Positions 12,761 to 32,208 of a DNA stretch of 64,000 nt are shown here, in pieces. Position 1 is the stretch's first letter. Every line of letters starts with the position of its first letter. The stretch lies in assembly GCF_000150275.1 (NCBI RefSeq), contig NW_002060947.1, forward strand, positions 7,363,880 to 7,427,879, written 5' to 3'. The translations under genes and the position numbers were made by a program. Below the pieces are notes generated by a model, which worked only from the letters and a program-made list of their open reading frames with translations, was not told the DNA's origin and did not search any database. The stretch is from Trichoplax adhaerens. Its lineage: Eukaryota; Animalia; Placozoa.

Positions 12761-13822
12761 AAAAATCATTACGGCATATGCACGATGGGGAAGCCAACGC
12801 GTAACGCTAATTGCCCGGCCTGTGATTATGTAATTATGGCATATTAGGATATACAACCTAATTGCTATAAATTTATTGGATCATATTAGGCATAACATTT
12901 TCAATGCAATACATGGATATAATCAATTACTCCTTAGTAGCTGCAATGAAAACTACGAGCTAGCAAGGTTATTAATATACCCTAAACATAATTGATTACC
13001 ACCGTAAATCTATTTTTTATCATTGGTACGAGCATTGTTATAAAGATTTGTTAAAAATTATAAATGACAATGATTGACTAGTCCTGGCTTAAAGCTACAC
13101 GTTCGTGGGATCTTTTATTTCGCGTAATGTTCTTTCTAATCATCAATACAGATTCAGCAAAATAAAAGTTTAATCAAAGCATCTTATATCTGAATACAGC
13201 CTTAAAAAGTGTCATTTTCATCACAGTTTTTAAATTACCGAGCAATAAAGATAATAAGGACAAAGATCTATGAAAATAGTCATCAGTCCATTAATTTCAA
13301 CTATCATTATGATAGAAGAGTGCTAATATTCGAAAAGAAAATCAGATATGTGCACAGCACTTATGACGAAAACTAGATGAATTTATTGGACAAATTTAAA
13401 GTTTCTTTATGTGCTGTCTGTCTTTCAATTTTATAATAAATCCAAGGAAATGTTACCTATAACATTTTTGAGATTTAAAAACTCGTGTCGGAAAATGAAT
13501 TAACTATAAAAAATTGACAACGTGCTCCGAAAGTTATACGTAAAAATTGCAATTTCTGGCATTTCGGAAGCTGCTAGTCATAATCTGACAGTTATAAAGA
13601 CACATGTTTTATAATATCCAAAGGATTTCTTAATTTTTTAAATAGATATCAGACAATTTGTAGCAAATAGATATCCTTTTCATTTTATCTATCGTACAAC
13701 TGACAACAATAGTATACCAGTGAGTGTTTTGTTAAATTATGGAAGCTATTCATTACTAAATCACTAGTTCTTACGGCGGATTGATAAGAACTACAGACGA
13801 CGATGAAAATAAGCCGTCACCA

Positions 13823-18094
<4,272 letters not shown>

Positions 18095-19725
18095 TTTCGA
18101 TGTTTCTGCCTGGAACGATCTGATGACGGTTAAAGAGTTAACTTCGTATTTAATTGAAGTCAATCCTAGGTCTATCGGTGGATAATTTCAATGGTGGTTC
18201 AATAATGCTAATCTAATTTGTTGATATTACATGCTATTAGTTGGATTTTAGCATGGGTTGAACTTTCACCTTGGCTCTTGTTCTCGTTATGTCGTAATGC
18301 CTAAGGCCAAGCGATGACAAGCCAGTTTTCAACAAGGCCGGAAAAAAGTTTGTGTACACTCCGAAGACGATACTTGCTAATACTACCACAGTATTGAGCG
18401 TATTGTACCTGATGTTGACTCTAAGTCAATTAGTGCTTCTTATGCAATATCGAGTTTGCATTCCAATCCTCTAGACAGTGGCCACCCTACTACTGTAATC
18501 CTTCTTTCAAGGCGTGAATCAATGCATACCTAATAAGATGAGTTCGAATCGATAGGCACTCCTACTCTATCGGTAATAAGAGCTTCTTAAGCACCTTGCA
18601 GACTCGGCTGAGTAGCATCGCCATTGGCATACCCTTCTACAGTATCAAGCCTAGGTTGGCATCTTCAACAGCCGAAAGTATATCCCAACAAACATGCGAA
18701 AGAACTTGGCTTGTTTGAATAGAATAATATCCATAATACGATAATGCATTCATCATCGTAATCATTGTCCTGTCAAGATGTCAATAGAGAAAGAATTTGC
18801 TTTTATGATTCATCGATTACGAGCAGCTAATTGGATCGAATTAAATGGAGTACTCCTTGCAGGGTGCATTGCATTCGTTGGTCCACTATAGTCTACACTC
18901 TGTCTTATTAGTCATGGAGAGAGATATAGTGCCTATTGTAGAGAATAGTCGAGAAATTTGCAATTTAATCAAGGTGATGGCAATTTGTGGACCGAGGACT
19001 TCTCGATCCTTGTCTTATCATGGAGAAATTCCTCTTTCTACCATCATGAGTGCTGTCGATCTCCCCTATCCAAAACAACTTGCCGAGACTTGGATACTAC
19101 ACTGCAGAGTTGGAAGAGACGCTTCCAATGATTGTCAATACAGTAGTCGGAATAGGGGAATCGTTCATTCGATGAATCCCTCTGCCCATATGTCCATTCG
19201 ACGAACACAATTTAATTTGCGATCATCAACATCGCAGGAAACATGTGACCAATGACCAATCGGTAAGCGATGATCATTGACTGATGGCGACGTCCACGCT
19301 CAATTTTCCCATCAAGTCCTTCTAGCAGCGTTTACGGGCAGGGACAACGTTGTAGTGTACACTCTACTTTATTGCTAAGCTTATTTTAGTCGAAATCGCT
19401 ACGCTTTTCCATTTCTACCTCCCAGTATTTTTATTATTATTAATCAATGCATTGCTAGTGCTAGCTATCGCTCTTCTAACAGCAATGCTATTGACGCCAA
19501 GTATTTCAAGTAAGGGGGGGAATAAACTACGGGACCCGGGTACATGGACTAGATTATTATTATTAAAATCAATCAAAGCATTGCTAGTGCTAGCTATTAA
19601 CAGCAATGCCATTAAATTAATTTATTTTTAAGGGACACCGGCACATGGGCTAGTAAAATTGACCGCTGAATTCACTATAGTGTAGTAGTGCATGGAAAAA
19701 TCCGGACGGACAACGTGACCTTGAT

Positions 19726-20057
19726 GACGCAGAATCTTCGAGCTCATCCATGAGTGTACAGTGTACAGTGTACAGTACATGTACACGGTAAAGTACTGTA
19801 CGATTGACCGTACTGCGCAATACTGTCCTCTGGAGAGTAGTGTGCAAATGAAACGAAGGTCACGATATCCGTCCGGATATGGAGAGCTCGAGGATTCTGC
19901 GTAACGGTCCACAGTATTGTACTGTACTGTACTGTACGTACAGTACTGTACACTTAAATGAAATGTACAGTGTACAGTACGGTCCATCGTACAGTACTTT
20001 ACACTGTGAGTACGTACAGTAGAGTACTCTCATGGATGAGCTCGAAGATTCTGTGTC
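19726..20057. repeat. Foldback / long inverted repeat with ACTGTAC-rich interior (possible MITE-like element)
   Basis: 19726-19754 matches the reverse complement of 20029-20057 at 28/29. Inner arms 19790-19815 and 19975-20000 match at 25/26. A third partial arm copy lies at ~19875-19905. Confidence 0.75.
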
Positions 20058-20387
20058 GTGGTAACAGGCTACAGGATGACCTTCTGTATCAAACTTGATG
20101 AAAAAAGTGCTGTACGCGTACCTGTACCGTACACTTGTATCATAAACACTTGTCTGTCTATCTGTCCTAGGTGTCTTGCAATCTTCTACTGTTCTTCAAT
20201 GGCGTACTCTTGTCTCTCTCGTAGCTCTAGTTCTCTTTCTCTCTTCTTAGCCACGTTTCTCGTCGAATAAAACTCCATTCTTTTCACTCACTTTTTGTTC
20301 CTTACTTTGAGGCAATCAAGATAGGACATACAGTAGCAGACATAGCAGTACTGATTTCATACGCAGCATCATCGAATAAGAAGGCTT

Positions 20388-20401
20388 GTTACCAAGGAAA
20401 C
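20388..20401. promoter_or_regulatory. Candidate RFX X-box upstream of NEK4
   Basis: GTTACCAAGGAAAC fits the GTTNCC-NN-GGNAAC imperfect palindrome, ~930 bp upstream of the NEK4 ATG. Confidence 0.45.
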
Positions 20402-21327
20402 GCCTCCCAACGCGATCGAATTTCAAGACGCATACAATGATTTCAAAATGACTACCGAGAGTATTCTACTAGCCTTTCAAACTATTGCACAGTAGACGTT
20501 GATTTAAACTATATCTTTTACATATTATACAGACTTCTTTATTGTAGCGACTCTCTCACTCGAATTGATCCTCTGTACAATAGACCCAAAATGCCTATAG
20601 TAACTGTAGTAATCACGGAAGAGCTCCATCCATTCACGTCGATTGCTGATGCATTACTGCTATTCTACATGCTTATTTTTCAATCTAAAATACTAGTATA
20701 TTATGCTATTGTTGATCCTAAAAACGTTATAGACTATGAAGATAATGAATTGATTATGTACAACTCTCCATAATGATGAGTGCATTTTACTGTATATTGT
20801 ACTGTAGAGAAGAGGTATCAAATGCAACAGACGTACTGCTTCAAAACAACAGAAGCCTTAATAGGATACACTAGTGATACTTGATGGGTCCTCTATTATA
20901 CACATCAGAATAGAATAAAATAAACGTTTTCCATGATATAATTAGCATGATAATTATTGATTGCTATACAGTATTTCCACTACGCTAGACAGCATCTATA
21001 GTGACATATCGATTCTGTTTCAAATACTATACTACACTTTTTTTCAATGTTACAAGCAAGGAACTCACTCGGCACTGTAGCCTAATTGTTCTTGACTTGA
21101 ACAACTAAGACAACATTTTTGGAAACTTATTTAATTTCAATTACACTTGGATGCGCCTTTCATATTCTATAACTAGTTCATGATGCTCGCCATCATTGAT
21201 GATTAAACTCAGTTATAGTGTACTTTTCAAACTGTAATTTTATATCTGAGGATGAGATTAACCTAAATCAACTCGACGTGTATTCAATTCATGCTTGTAA
21301 TTAGTAACAGCCAGAGAATTTGCCAAT

Positions 21328-24300
21328 ATGCCGTTAGATTCATTTAATGTTTTGAAACAAATTGGAAAAGGTTCATATGGAGAAGTATTCCTTGTCAGGC
21401 ATAAGCGTGGAAATAAAAAGGTAAATTTGATAAATTTTAAATTATCAAACAATTGTACCAAATTGGGCAATTGATGGTCAGCAATGTCATTCACTGATAC
21501 ACTGATAGTGAAATGAATTCATCATGTGCAGTAGGCGTTAGCTTTCGTTATTATTGTATCGTGAAAATAAATAAATAGTTCAACTTTTCAACTATGACTA
21601 TGTAGTGCTGTCGAAATGAATAAGAGATTGATTAAGTTACCTTTTTTGCTTTTTCCAATGGCTTCTTCCATATTATCCGTTGCTGTAACAATTAGTATGT
21701 CATGAAGAAAATACAACTAAAAAATGCCTCTACCAGAGAAAGAAAAGCAGCGCAACAAGAGGTTTTACTATTTTCCATATTCTACTATTCTAAGAACAAA
21801 GTCAATCGACGATTGTATATGCATAACATGCTTAATTTACGTCTTATCATGCATTGACTATGTTAGGCTCTACTACTGAAGAAACTTATCCATCCCAACA
21901 TCGTCTCTTACAAAGATTCCTTTCAGGATAGAACGGGTTACTTATACATTATAATGGGATTTTGTGAAGGTGGAGATGTATACAACTACTTAAAGAATAG
22001 AAATGGCTTACCAATAGATGAAAGTCAAGTTATGGTTTGGTTTATGCAGATAGCATTAGCCCTTCAATTTATGCACAGCAATAACATCTTACATCGCGAT
22101 TTAAAGACACAAAATATTTTCTTAACAAAGCATGACATTATCAAAGTTGGAGATCTCGGTATAGCTCGCGTCTTGGAAGGAAGTTGGGATCTGGCAACAA
22201 CTCGTGTTGGTACACCTTATTACATGTCACCAGAACTATTTTCAAATCAACCATACAATCATAAAGTGAGTAATTTGACATTCTTTCTTCCTTGTATGCT
22301 TTACTAAGGGAGCAATTGATCTTCATCGCTTTACTTATTCCAATTATTCGTTTTCTTTTAATAGTCCGATGTATGGGCACTCGGTTGTTGTGTTTATGAG
22401 ATGTTAACGTTAAAACATGCATTTAGTGCGAAAGACTTGAATTCCTTAGTATACAAAATTTTAAATGGAAAGGTATCGTAGCTAATAAACTAAAATCGAT
22501 GGTCTTGACATTATCCTTTAAATAGATGCATTCAATATGTTGTATAAATACTTTCATTACTAATTTTAGGTTCCGCAAATGCCAAAGCAATACAGTACCC
22601 AATTAGGTGATATTGTAAAGTCAACTTTAGCTCTAGATCCCAAGAATAGACCAAGTGTTCCTCAATTACTTCGTTTGCCATACATGAAAAGGCATATAAG
22701 CCAATTTCTTCAGTCAACCGATCATAGGTAACGAAGCGAACATAAGAAATGTCAGTCTTACTTGTATAGATTAAATTTTGCATCAATAATTACATCACCA
22801 TTGTAAAAAAGAATTATTAAATACTAGCTCGAAACAGGCCAACAAGGAAAAAAGTAATAAAAGTGAACAGACAATTCAAAGAAATAATTCTGGTAAAAAT
22901 TTCGAAAATCACAAAACGGATAAACACAATCATAAAGGCTATCGATATCTGATGATTAATTAACTTACTTTGAAAGACTCCATTAAACAACTAATGCATA
23001 GCAGAATCTATTAGGTATCGAAAGTTGACTTTAAATATTTTTCAATTATAGAATCAAGTCTATCCTCAGTATCTACAGATGAGAATGTTACCAAAGTTAA
23101 AAATAAATATATAGTCCAATCTCCCAAAGAAAGTAGCGTCGATAATGCAACTTTTGTTAAAGGTGAAGACAATGAAGAATCAGGGAAAGTATCAAGAAAA
23201 CCCAGTGATCCTGCTATTGCACAAGGAACAGAGGTTAGCAATATATTATATACTACTACATTGACCATTTTGAATAAGTGAGTTAGTAAAAATTGTTTGT
23301 AAATTTCCGATAATAACGCCTACTTTCAGGCTAAATCTTCACGACGAGGTCGACCACTACCAGATCCACCAGTATCAGCTCAAAGCGATATCTTAAGTAG
23401 TAAATCTACAATAAGTGGCAATGAAGGTAGTCCAGCAAAATCAATACCATTAAATCGACGACGACAATCCGAACCAGTCAATTCTAGATCAAGTTCCAAG
23501 GAGTATGCTCTTTATTTTGAATTACAAATTATTGTAGCTTTATTTAATTTTGGTTAGTCTTCGTTCAGTATGTTTACTTCTTATACAGGTAGCAATGGTG
23601 CTAATTTATATAATGATAAAAACTGCTCTCTATAGAGAGTCAAATATTCACTTTTAGAATTTATTATGATGATAGGAGGGAAATTGAAGATGTGGAAGCA
23701 TTTCCAACACCGAAGGTAGCTAAATTAGATTATAAAACAATTTTACTATGATTTTTAGGCCAAGTAATATTATGGCTAGCGTTATAATCCATGCATGTAT
23801 ATTGAAGTAGTCTTATTTTTACCGGCGTTACCTTTTAGTCTTCTGGTGGTCCAACCATAAGTGCTGCTCGTGAGAGGCGTAGAATGAAACAGCAACGCAA
23901 TCTATTCGATGTTAGTGTATTCAATTCTCCCAAAATCCCTCCAGTTGGGGAAGAAGAAATCCTGGGTCTGCATCATGATGTTCTTGATAGTATCGATCAG
24001 TTCTCAATTCCTGAAAATCAGGTAATTTTCTGTTTTTTTAACGCATTATATTTAGCCTCAGCAATTCAGTCATTAAAGCAACCATACAGCAAAAGCATAT
24101 AGAAAAATAAGCGTAAGCATATAAAATGATTCTAAATGACAGTACGATTTTGCTTCGATAGCGCGAACCAACTGCTCAGTATCAACGTTTAAAGTCCTAC
24201 GATGCAAAAAAATTCAGTACAGGAAACGTAAAAGCCTCGAAAATTAAACAAAGTGCTTCGGCAGACGATAACTCGTGTGATCCTGATGAGGATTCGGACA

Positions 24301-25984
24301 ATCAAGGTGAAGGAAGCCATTCTGATAACAACATGTCAGATGATAGTGACAATGATAATGAGTTGCAGCCCGAAGCAAAGAAACAAGATGATAGGTTATC
24401 ATGGATTATTTGTAACATGTTTTAATTTGCATTAGTCATTACTTGCTTTGGAATACTCTCTGTAAGTTGTATAACTTTCACTTTATGAGGATTATACAAT
24501 TGTATTTAGGCATCAAAAGGAAATGTCGTCCGTAATGTCATTGATGGAGATCACTCTTAAGGTTTCTGATGATAGTGAAAATGAGCCGCAACAACCGGAA
24601 GCTAAAGGTAAAAGATTGGCTATACAGTAATATCTGTTATAAACCATCCTTACCATTCATTTTAGTTACATTTTGGAGTAATATAATAATACTGTACCAC
24701 TGTAGTAAATTGTACTTCGAAAGATATGGTAAAAATATGTTTCCTTTCAATGGTATTTAGAAGCAGACAAGATTGAAACATTAAGAGATGGGCTATTAGA
24801 AGAAAGGATACGCAATTTGAAGTAATTACTATTTTGTATTTCTTTTAAATTAATTAACTAGAATTCAGATCATGAGTGGAGAATAATGATACAGTGATAG
24901 ATATGCAGTATTCAATGGAAAAAGAAATTTAGTATTTTAGAAAATCTTTCCTTTAAGAGTCTTCTACCTTATTCGATTAGTTACTATAGTCTGATATACA
25001 GGTCTTAATCTTTGCCCAATGTTTAGAGATATTTTTGGTTTAGAAAATAATCGATTCAACCATTTTTTCTGTATATAGAAAAGATTTATCTGAGATTGAT
25101 AATGGTTTACTACAAGAATGCTTTCGTCTACTTGACATTAGCGGTGTTGATGACGATGAGGAGGTGAGAAGCTATTTGAAAATACTACTGCAGTAGTTGT
25201 CCAATATTGACAGGGATATATGATGACGACTTCGAGATTAAATCGTTAACAGTAGCCACTGCAAATTCATGAAACTTGAAGCAATGATTTTTTAAAATAG
25301 CTATTTTATACTTAATCAGATTTAGTGTGAGATTTCAAATGCGAAGTACCTTAAAGTAAATTTATGAAATTATTGTAAGACTGTCTGCTAAGTACCGCAT
25401 GATATCTTAACGATGGAGTTTAATAATTTAATTATTAGATCATTAACTTAGTGTCTTAAGCTTTTAAATTATTAAATATCAGTCTTAATCTTATTAGAAA
25501 TTACATTTTTTGCATACTTTGCTAGCGTTATTTCGTCTTATAATAAAAACGTATGGCGACTTTTAGAAATTGTATTAACTGTTAGAGTATTCATGATAGC
25601 AACATATTATTTAGCCTTATAAACTTGCTATGTGTTCACTAACTTTCTTCAAATTAATAATACTGCATCGAGAATTGAAAAAATTAACATAAAGGATATA
25701 TTATAGACCGTGCGTTATGTACTATAAATGTTATTTAATATCTGCCATAATACAGATATAGAAAGGACATTAAATTTATTTACTATCACAACCAATATGT
25801 AAATGACTCATTTTAGAATAATTTGATACTGATATAATTGAGAATAGCGAGTGATATTAACCAATTTCATTTTAACCATTTCTTCTAGTATTTGCTGAAG
25901 AGATTGCTTGGAGAAGATTTATACCAGAAGCATAGACAAAATATATTCCACTTACATTTATTTAATAAGAAATTCACTGCTTAA
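21328..25984 (+). CDS. NEK4: NIMA-related Ser/Thr kinase NEK4-like (multi-exon)
   Basis: [104 protein letters not shown]; last exon [17 protein letters not shown]...*. Confidence 0.9.
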
Positions 25985-28950
25985 CTTCCTTAGCTAAACC
26001 CGTTCAAGTATCAGATATACTGTATCTATTTGATGGTAGCCCAATTCGATAGAGAAAGTATGAATTAATATTTCCCTTGGGATCTGTCCACAGCCACCTG
26101 AACCCGAGATTAATTTGATACAAAATTTTTAAAGTGTACAAATAACTTCTGGTAGTCCATAAACATTATGAATGTGCTGACTATTTCGATCAACATAACT
26201 AGTCAATCTTGTATGTACAACTACTGTACTTAAATTATCCAATTTTTTTTATTTCCAATTTTGGCGGTAGCACAGTTGATTGAAATCGATTCCAAAATTG
26301 AAATTGATGAAATAAAATTGGCTTCAATAACAAATAATGCTTTTTTCAATAGCTGAAAATCTATCATTCAATGCGTAGGAATGCAGTTGATGAATTTACT
26401 GTAGAAAAGGAAATGAGCTAGAATGCCTTTATTGTTTCGATTTCGTAGTTACTATCTCGTTCTGTACAAGTTGTAAGTTGCCATGATAATGAAATTTCAG
26501 AAATTCGAATAAGTACATATGTCTAATGGCTTTAAATAGTCTGAGTTTGGTTCTTCTAAATTAGCATAGATACGCTACTCAGAATGCATGAGAAGTTTTC
26601 ACTTGAAACTATATTTAGAATGAAAGCTACGCGAATTATACATTTTATTCACAATCAAGGCGCTATTTATAGGGTCATTTAATTTTAACTGCCGTTTCTC
26701 AGATACTAAGCGCAAGTTAATATTAACAAAAATATAGCTTTAGCTAATTGATGGCTTTGCAGCCTAAACTGTTAGTTAACGCTGCTATGCCTACTAGTAC
26801 AGAAAAATTTTTAAGCTATTAATTTGTAATTATGTAAATCTTACAAGCAATCCATTACAGTTTCTGCCTGCATTAGTAATGACGATTGACAGCTGACTAT
26901 CACAGATAAGCAAGTCAATTTTAAAGTGAAGTTATATATTCTAATATTTTCCTTCCGAACTCAACCTTTAATCCATATGTCATGATATCAGTGGTTAATA
27001 TAAGCTTAGCTGTTATCCTGATATTTTAATTGTTCTAACATCTCTATTTAAGAATATTCTCCTGAATTTTAATACTTTTAATTATTCTCTATCAATTTTG
27101 CCGTTGCCATAAATTTTACATGCATTATTTTTACTTGAATCTGAATACATAAGTGTAATGTATACTATTAGTTTAACGAATAATTTCATATGCTGTTTAC
27201 ATTTTATCCACTTAAAGTTCCCATTTTCAACGGAAGTGAAGTTTAAGTGCCCATTTTGATAATACTATACTATATTAATTGTAGCCATAGAGACGCAATA
27301 TCATTTACATGACGCTAAATGTATTTTAATAGAAAGAGAGAGTTTCCAGACAATCCTCGTACCTTTAGCTGGTTGATCAATGTTAAGCGTATTTTGATTA
27401 TGGATATGCTGCTATTATATCCCTATAGATAGATGTTTAAATTGAAGTAATAAAAATGAAAGTATTTTTATTACTGTATTTTGTTTCTACCTACTAAAAT
27501 ACGTATGTATAGTTTCATCTTACTAGCACATTGTAACAAATTAATTTAGTAAAGGGTCGAATCAAATCGAACTTTGTATCATTTTTATAAAACTTTATAG
27601 AATGTTAGGTTAAAACTGTTCGATTTGCTGATATTTGTACTGAAAGAGGCAATTATAAATTCTTTTTACATAAGCCAACGCAGTGAATCATCATAACGAG
27701 AACATCTAGTGAAAGATAGTTTTTGTAGCTTAATTCTGGGTTGATCTGCATATTAACTATGTTAACTTTAATAATGAATTAGTATTAATAAGTTGTATGT
27801 GCTGGATATCAATTTCTGGTAGACAAAGAAAATTTTAACGGCAAGTTCATATTTTATTATCAGCATTATTTTAAAATATTGCTCGTTCCATGAGATAATA
27901 TTTCGAAGAGTAAATGAAGAACGCTGCTAAGACATTTATAAATCATAATTATTCTTAGTACTGTTCAATATAATGTTTAAAATAGAAGTTTTCTCATCTA
28001 TTAACTAATCGATCTACCGTTCGGTTAGCTTTTACTGCATGAGCCTCATTTCCATGCCTTATTATTATTTTATAATGCCTAGAATTGATCAAGATAATCA
28101 AAATCGACATGTTATCTTTATTCCCTTATTATTGACCACTTTGGTCTATAAAATAAGCTCAACGATAAAGTATTGGTAAAAGTAGTTCACGATAAATAAA
28201 CTATAAAGATATAATTGTTAGAATATTCCAATTGATTCGATAGAAATTGTATAATTAATCTTTATTTTCCAAGTATCTTACAGTTTATTACAAGCCAAAT
28301 TGTTTGCTGAAAAATTATTCTTAACTACATTGAATACAGCCCCATATTAACCCTGTATAAATAATAATTAATGAGCTTACAGAGTAGATTGATTCTATCA
28401 TAAATTCTACATGTCTTTCATAGTTTAGTTACAATTTAGAATAGATTGAATCATTGCATTACAGCATCATGTTGTTCACATTATGTATAGAGAATTGTAT
28501 AGAAAATTCTTCTCTTTTTTAGTTGATCTGCATGACATCGAGGCTATTCTAAGGCTTGGTAAAATAGCAACTACTTAACCGGGTAACGCTATTATGGTTA
28601 TTGTCTTCTTCTTTACATTAAAAGGGAACACCTGCCATAAGTATAATTCACGTGATCGAATTACATAAAATGAAATAGAATTGATCAACAATAAATCTTC
28701 AATTGCTATTGTCTTAATTACTTTTATAAATGTGGCCAAGAGTTAGAAGAGAAATGGGCTGGTTATACATTCGATTACACAAGATATAAACCACACTATC
28801 TCAATTGGTAATCTATTCAATTTCAAGTTGTCTTTCTTTATAGTTCTGACTTATTCATTTTTTCTTTAATTTCTCTGTCATCAATTTTTTAATTTTTGGA
28901 TAATAACTCGCAAACTTGCGCATCATTTCGAGGCATAAACGATAATGATT

Positions 28951-29113
28951 TGATGATTGGCTGAACGATAGATGATGATTGGCTAGCTATGAAATAAATA
29001 TTTTTTAATTGCTACTACTGTCGCTGGCAATTAGTATTTTATCGTTCTAGATCGCTTGAACATTTTTATAATCGACTTCCAATTTCATGTTGGCCCAGCG
29101 GAAAATACAATAT
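28951..29113 (+). promoter_or_regulatory. Probable promoter (two inverted CCAAT boxes) and non-coding first exon of the dystroglycan-like gene
   Basis: TGATGATTGGCT occurs at 28951 and 28973. Consensus donor GTAAGT at 29114 could splice to acceptor TTCTAG at 32030, upstream of the ATG. Confidence 0.45.
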
Positions 29114-32100
29114 GTAAGTTAATCGATCGTCATTTCTTTTAGATATGTTCGTAAGTAATAAGGATATTAAGCTAGTTCAAACTTGAACAACTCGTCAAGA
29201 AATTGCAATAGATATTCTAGTGGTGTTCTTACCGTTAGCTAGCACATGTTATTGCCGCCTACAGATATAAAATTGAAAAAAAATGGCCAAAATACATAAC
29301 AAAGCTTCTATTTAGATGACGAAAAAGGCCTTAACCAAAAAAGTAACCATTCATATTCGTATATGATCATTATTGAATTTATATTTTGCAAGTCGTTCTC
29401 TTCATCGCATTACGCTATCCTAACCTGTAAGGCTCTTCCTTAAACCAGTTAGTACGACTTGATAATGAGATAGTACGCTTTTTTAAGTATATCGTGAACG
29501 AATAATATGGTCACGAATCGTGACAAATTGACCACTAAATTTATAACTTACGGGATTGGTGAATATACTCATATAACGTACTTATAGTGTTAATGATTAA
29601 ATTTATCGCCTCATCATCGAAATTTTTTATGTCTGGATAATTAAACTTTTGAACTCAGATGAGATGATGTAGATTTTTTAAATCGAAATCATTCGATTGA
29701 TGATCACATAAAGAGGTGGAATATAAAGTTTAGGATTTAGACTCATCGTCATTCGTGCTGCTATTTGCAGCAAATATTGTACTGTATGCAATCCAGTTGA
29801 GAACTTAGTATACCTGCTCATACATTGTTTATTATCCAGGCCATTATCGAAGGAGGAGCAACTACATTTAAAATATAATCGTATGCCTAAAGTTGAAAAC
29901 TACAACCCAGTTGAAATCAGTATTAGAGAGAAATAGTGTCGAAATAAGTTAATTTAATGTTTATTAGGGTTCCATTCTGACTGATTAGTCTCTAATTTGA
30001 TTCCCATCAACTTAATATTGTATCCTAGTTTTGTATTACAGTAATTTTTGGTTTAGTTATAGATATTCATTTCATATTATCATCTTATTTCGCCTGGAGC
30101 AACATAGGACTACACTATGACTGATATAGATGCCATTGATTATATTGTTCTTGTTAGCATAATTAGCTAATATAAAATTCCTATGTACCTTGATCTCGAA
30201 TTTGAAATTTTTGTGGAAATAATATATATCAATATAGAGTTACTATAGTTTACAAGGAGTAAAAGAGTGGATGATTAGTGCAATTATTGCTGTCCTGTGT
30301 AAACTATCTTTCGCATTTCTGCTAAATTCTAGAGTGGAGACAACCATAAATGCATCGCGAATAATCAAAATACTCCGTTCATCTATTAAAAATGCTTTTC
30401 CATTAATGAGAGGATTAACCGTACAGTAAGTTGAGAGACTGGAATTGCAATGCTTCTGTAGATTTAGCTATTAGTAGGACTTGCAAATGTTGAGAGTTGC
30501 TATCCTCGATATCTATCATTTTAAACTACTACATTATCTGTTTATTAACTAAGGGATTATGAATCAATAATAATTCATGTTTTAAAGCATTAGAATTCGA
30601 TGCTAATGCTCTTCGGTATATTGTTAGTAGACCAAAGAAATCAATTCACTTCATCTATTTCGTTAATTAACTTCGTCTAATCTAGAATTAATAAATTAAA
30701 TAAATGGCATTCTCATAATATTTAGTTACGTGACCTAGCTTCTTATTTTTCGGCTTTTCATTACCAAATGGAGATTAAAATATGATGAAATGATCAGTCA
30801 GAATAATAGTAGAATACATTCATCTGTTAAAAACTGTTACGATGAATCTTTAATGTAGCATTTACTGATGATATATGGGTAACTAATTGTAAGGCTACTT
30901 TTAGAATTTTTTATCAACTTCAAGGGCTGTCAGTAGCTGTCAGTAATTAGTCAACATTCAGTACATGTTATATAGTACTTCGATTTAGGAAGAGTAGACA
31001 GACATAAATGAATATGAATTGAAATTTACACCTTAATGACATCAATATGTCGAAGACTTATGATTAACCGGGGATATTGATTTTGGATCACTAAGATACT
31101 CCTAGTATGAATAAATTTTGAAAGGTAGACACAGAACTCAATATATTATGACATCATAGCAATATCTACCGTCACGAGGAAAAAATTGAAGTTTATTGTT
31201 ATGACAGTCTCAAAGTATATTACATTTTTACCAATCACCAATAATTTTTAAAGGATATTGTTTTTACATGATTAGAAAATTTTATATACGCTACATGGGA
31301 TAATTTGAAAGCGAAATAGTAGTCCGTACAGTAAGTGGACAAATGAGTTTATATTGCCGACTATGAAAGTATTTCCGCACTTTATGATAGTCTTCTACGA
31401 ATCGAAGGCTAAAACTGCTTAGCGATATTTTTAATAATAATTGATAAACTATGATCATCTTCACCATTACAAGAATCGAAATGAGAAATGGAGAAATTAA
31501 TTTTAGCATTAATTCAAGCACTATACAGCACTTTAACGATGTTCGACAGTTTTGAGCATTTGACTGTGTGATTAAAGCTTCTTAACAACAGCCACAAATA
31601 ATAAAGACAACAATTGAGTTTTCTTCTATTGGCACATTTATGAGGTAAAATGACGTAAAGAAAATTAAAAGAATCTAAGAATCTATTATACTTTATATAA
31701 CGTTTACCAACATTTGCTTAATATTATACGAGTAAACATTTGAAATGTTTATCTATCATATCTTAATAATAGTTTAGAATGAGCTACCATATAAATTAAT
31801 TTAGTAAAGCGTTGACATAAATATAATTAAAATTCTTCCTTAACGTTTATGTTGTATCATTCATTATTATTTAATGTGATTTACCGTATTTTTGGCAAAT
31901 CACGCCATCACTTGAAATATTTTCATTAACGCAGTTGTACTATTGCGTATATACCAGTATAAATAAAAAATACACAGTCAAACTAATTTTACAATATTTA
32001 TAATTAACGTGCTTGTCCATTTTATTCTAGTGAAAGATTAACAGTTAAAGCTTAAGAGATCAAAAAACATCAACTTCGATGCTAGATTCAAAGGATGAAA

Positions 32101-32208
32101 AGAATTCACGCTAAAAGCTAATTTTCAGCCTATGCATTGACAGTACCGGTATTTATTATTATACAAGGCAATTAAGAATAAAAAGAAGACATTTTCTTGC
32201 TGGATAAC

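Noticed and set aside
19628-19987. Overlapping ORFs rich in Y/S/T/V/Q/C
   Set aside because: Artefacts of the ACTGTAC low-complexity palindrome
20180-20280. Charged coiled-coil-like mini ORF on the - strand (MEFYSTRNVAKKRERELELRER...)
   Set aside because: Only 30 codons before a stop, and explained by CT-rich low complexity
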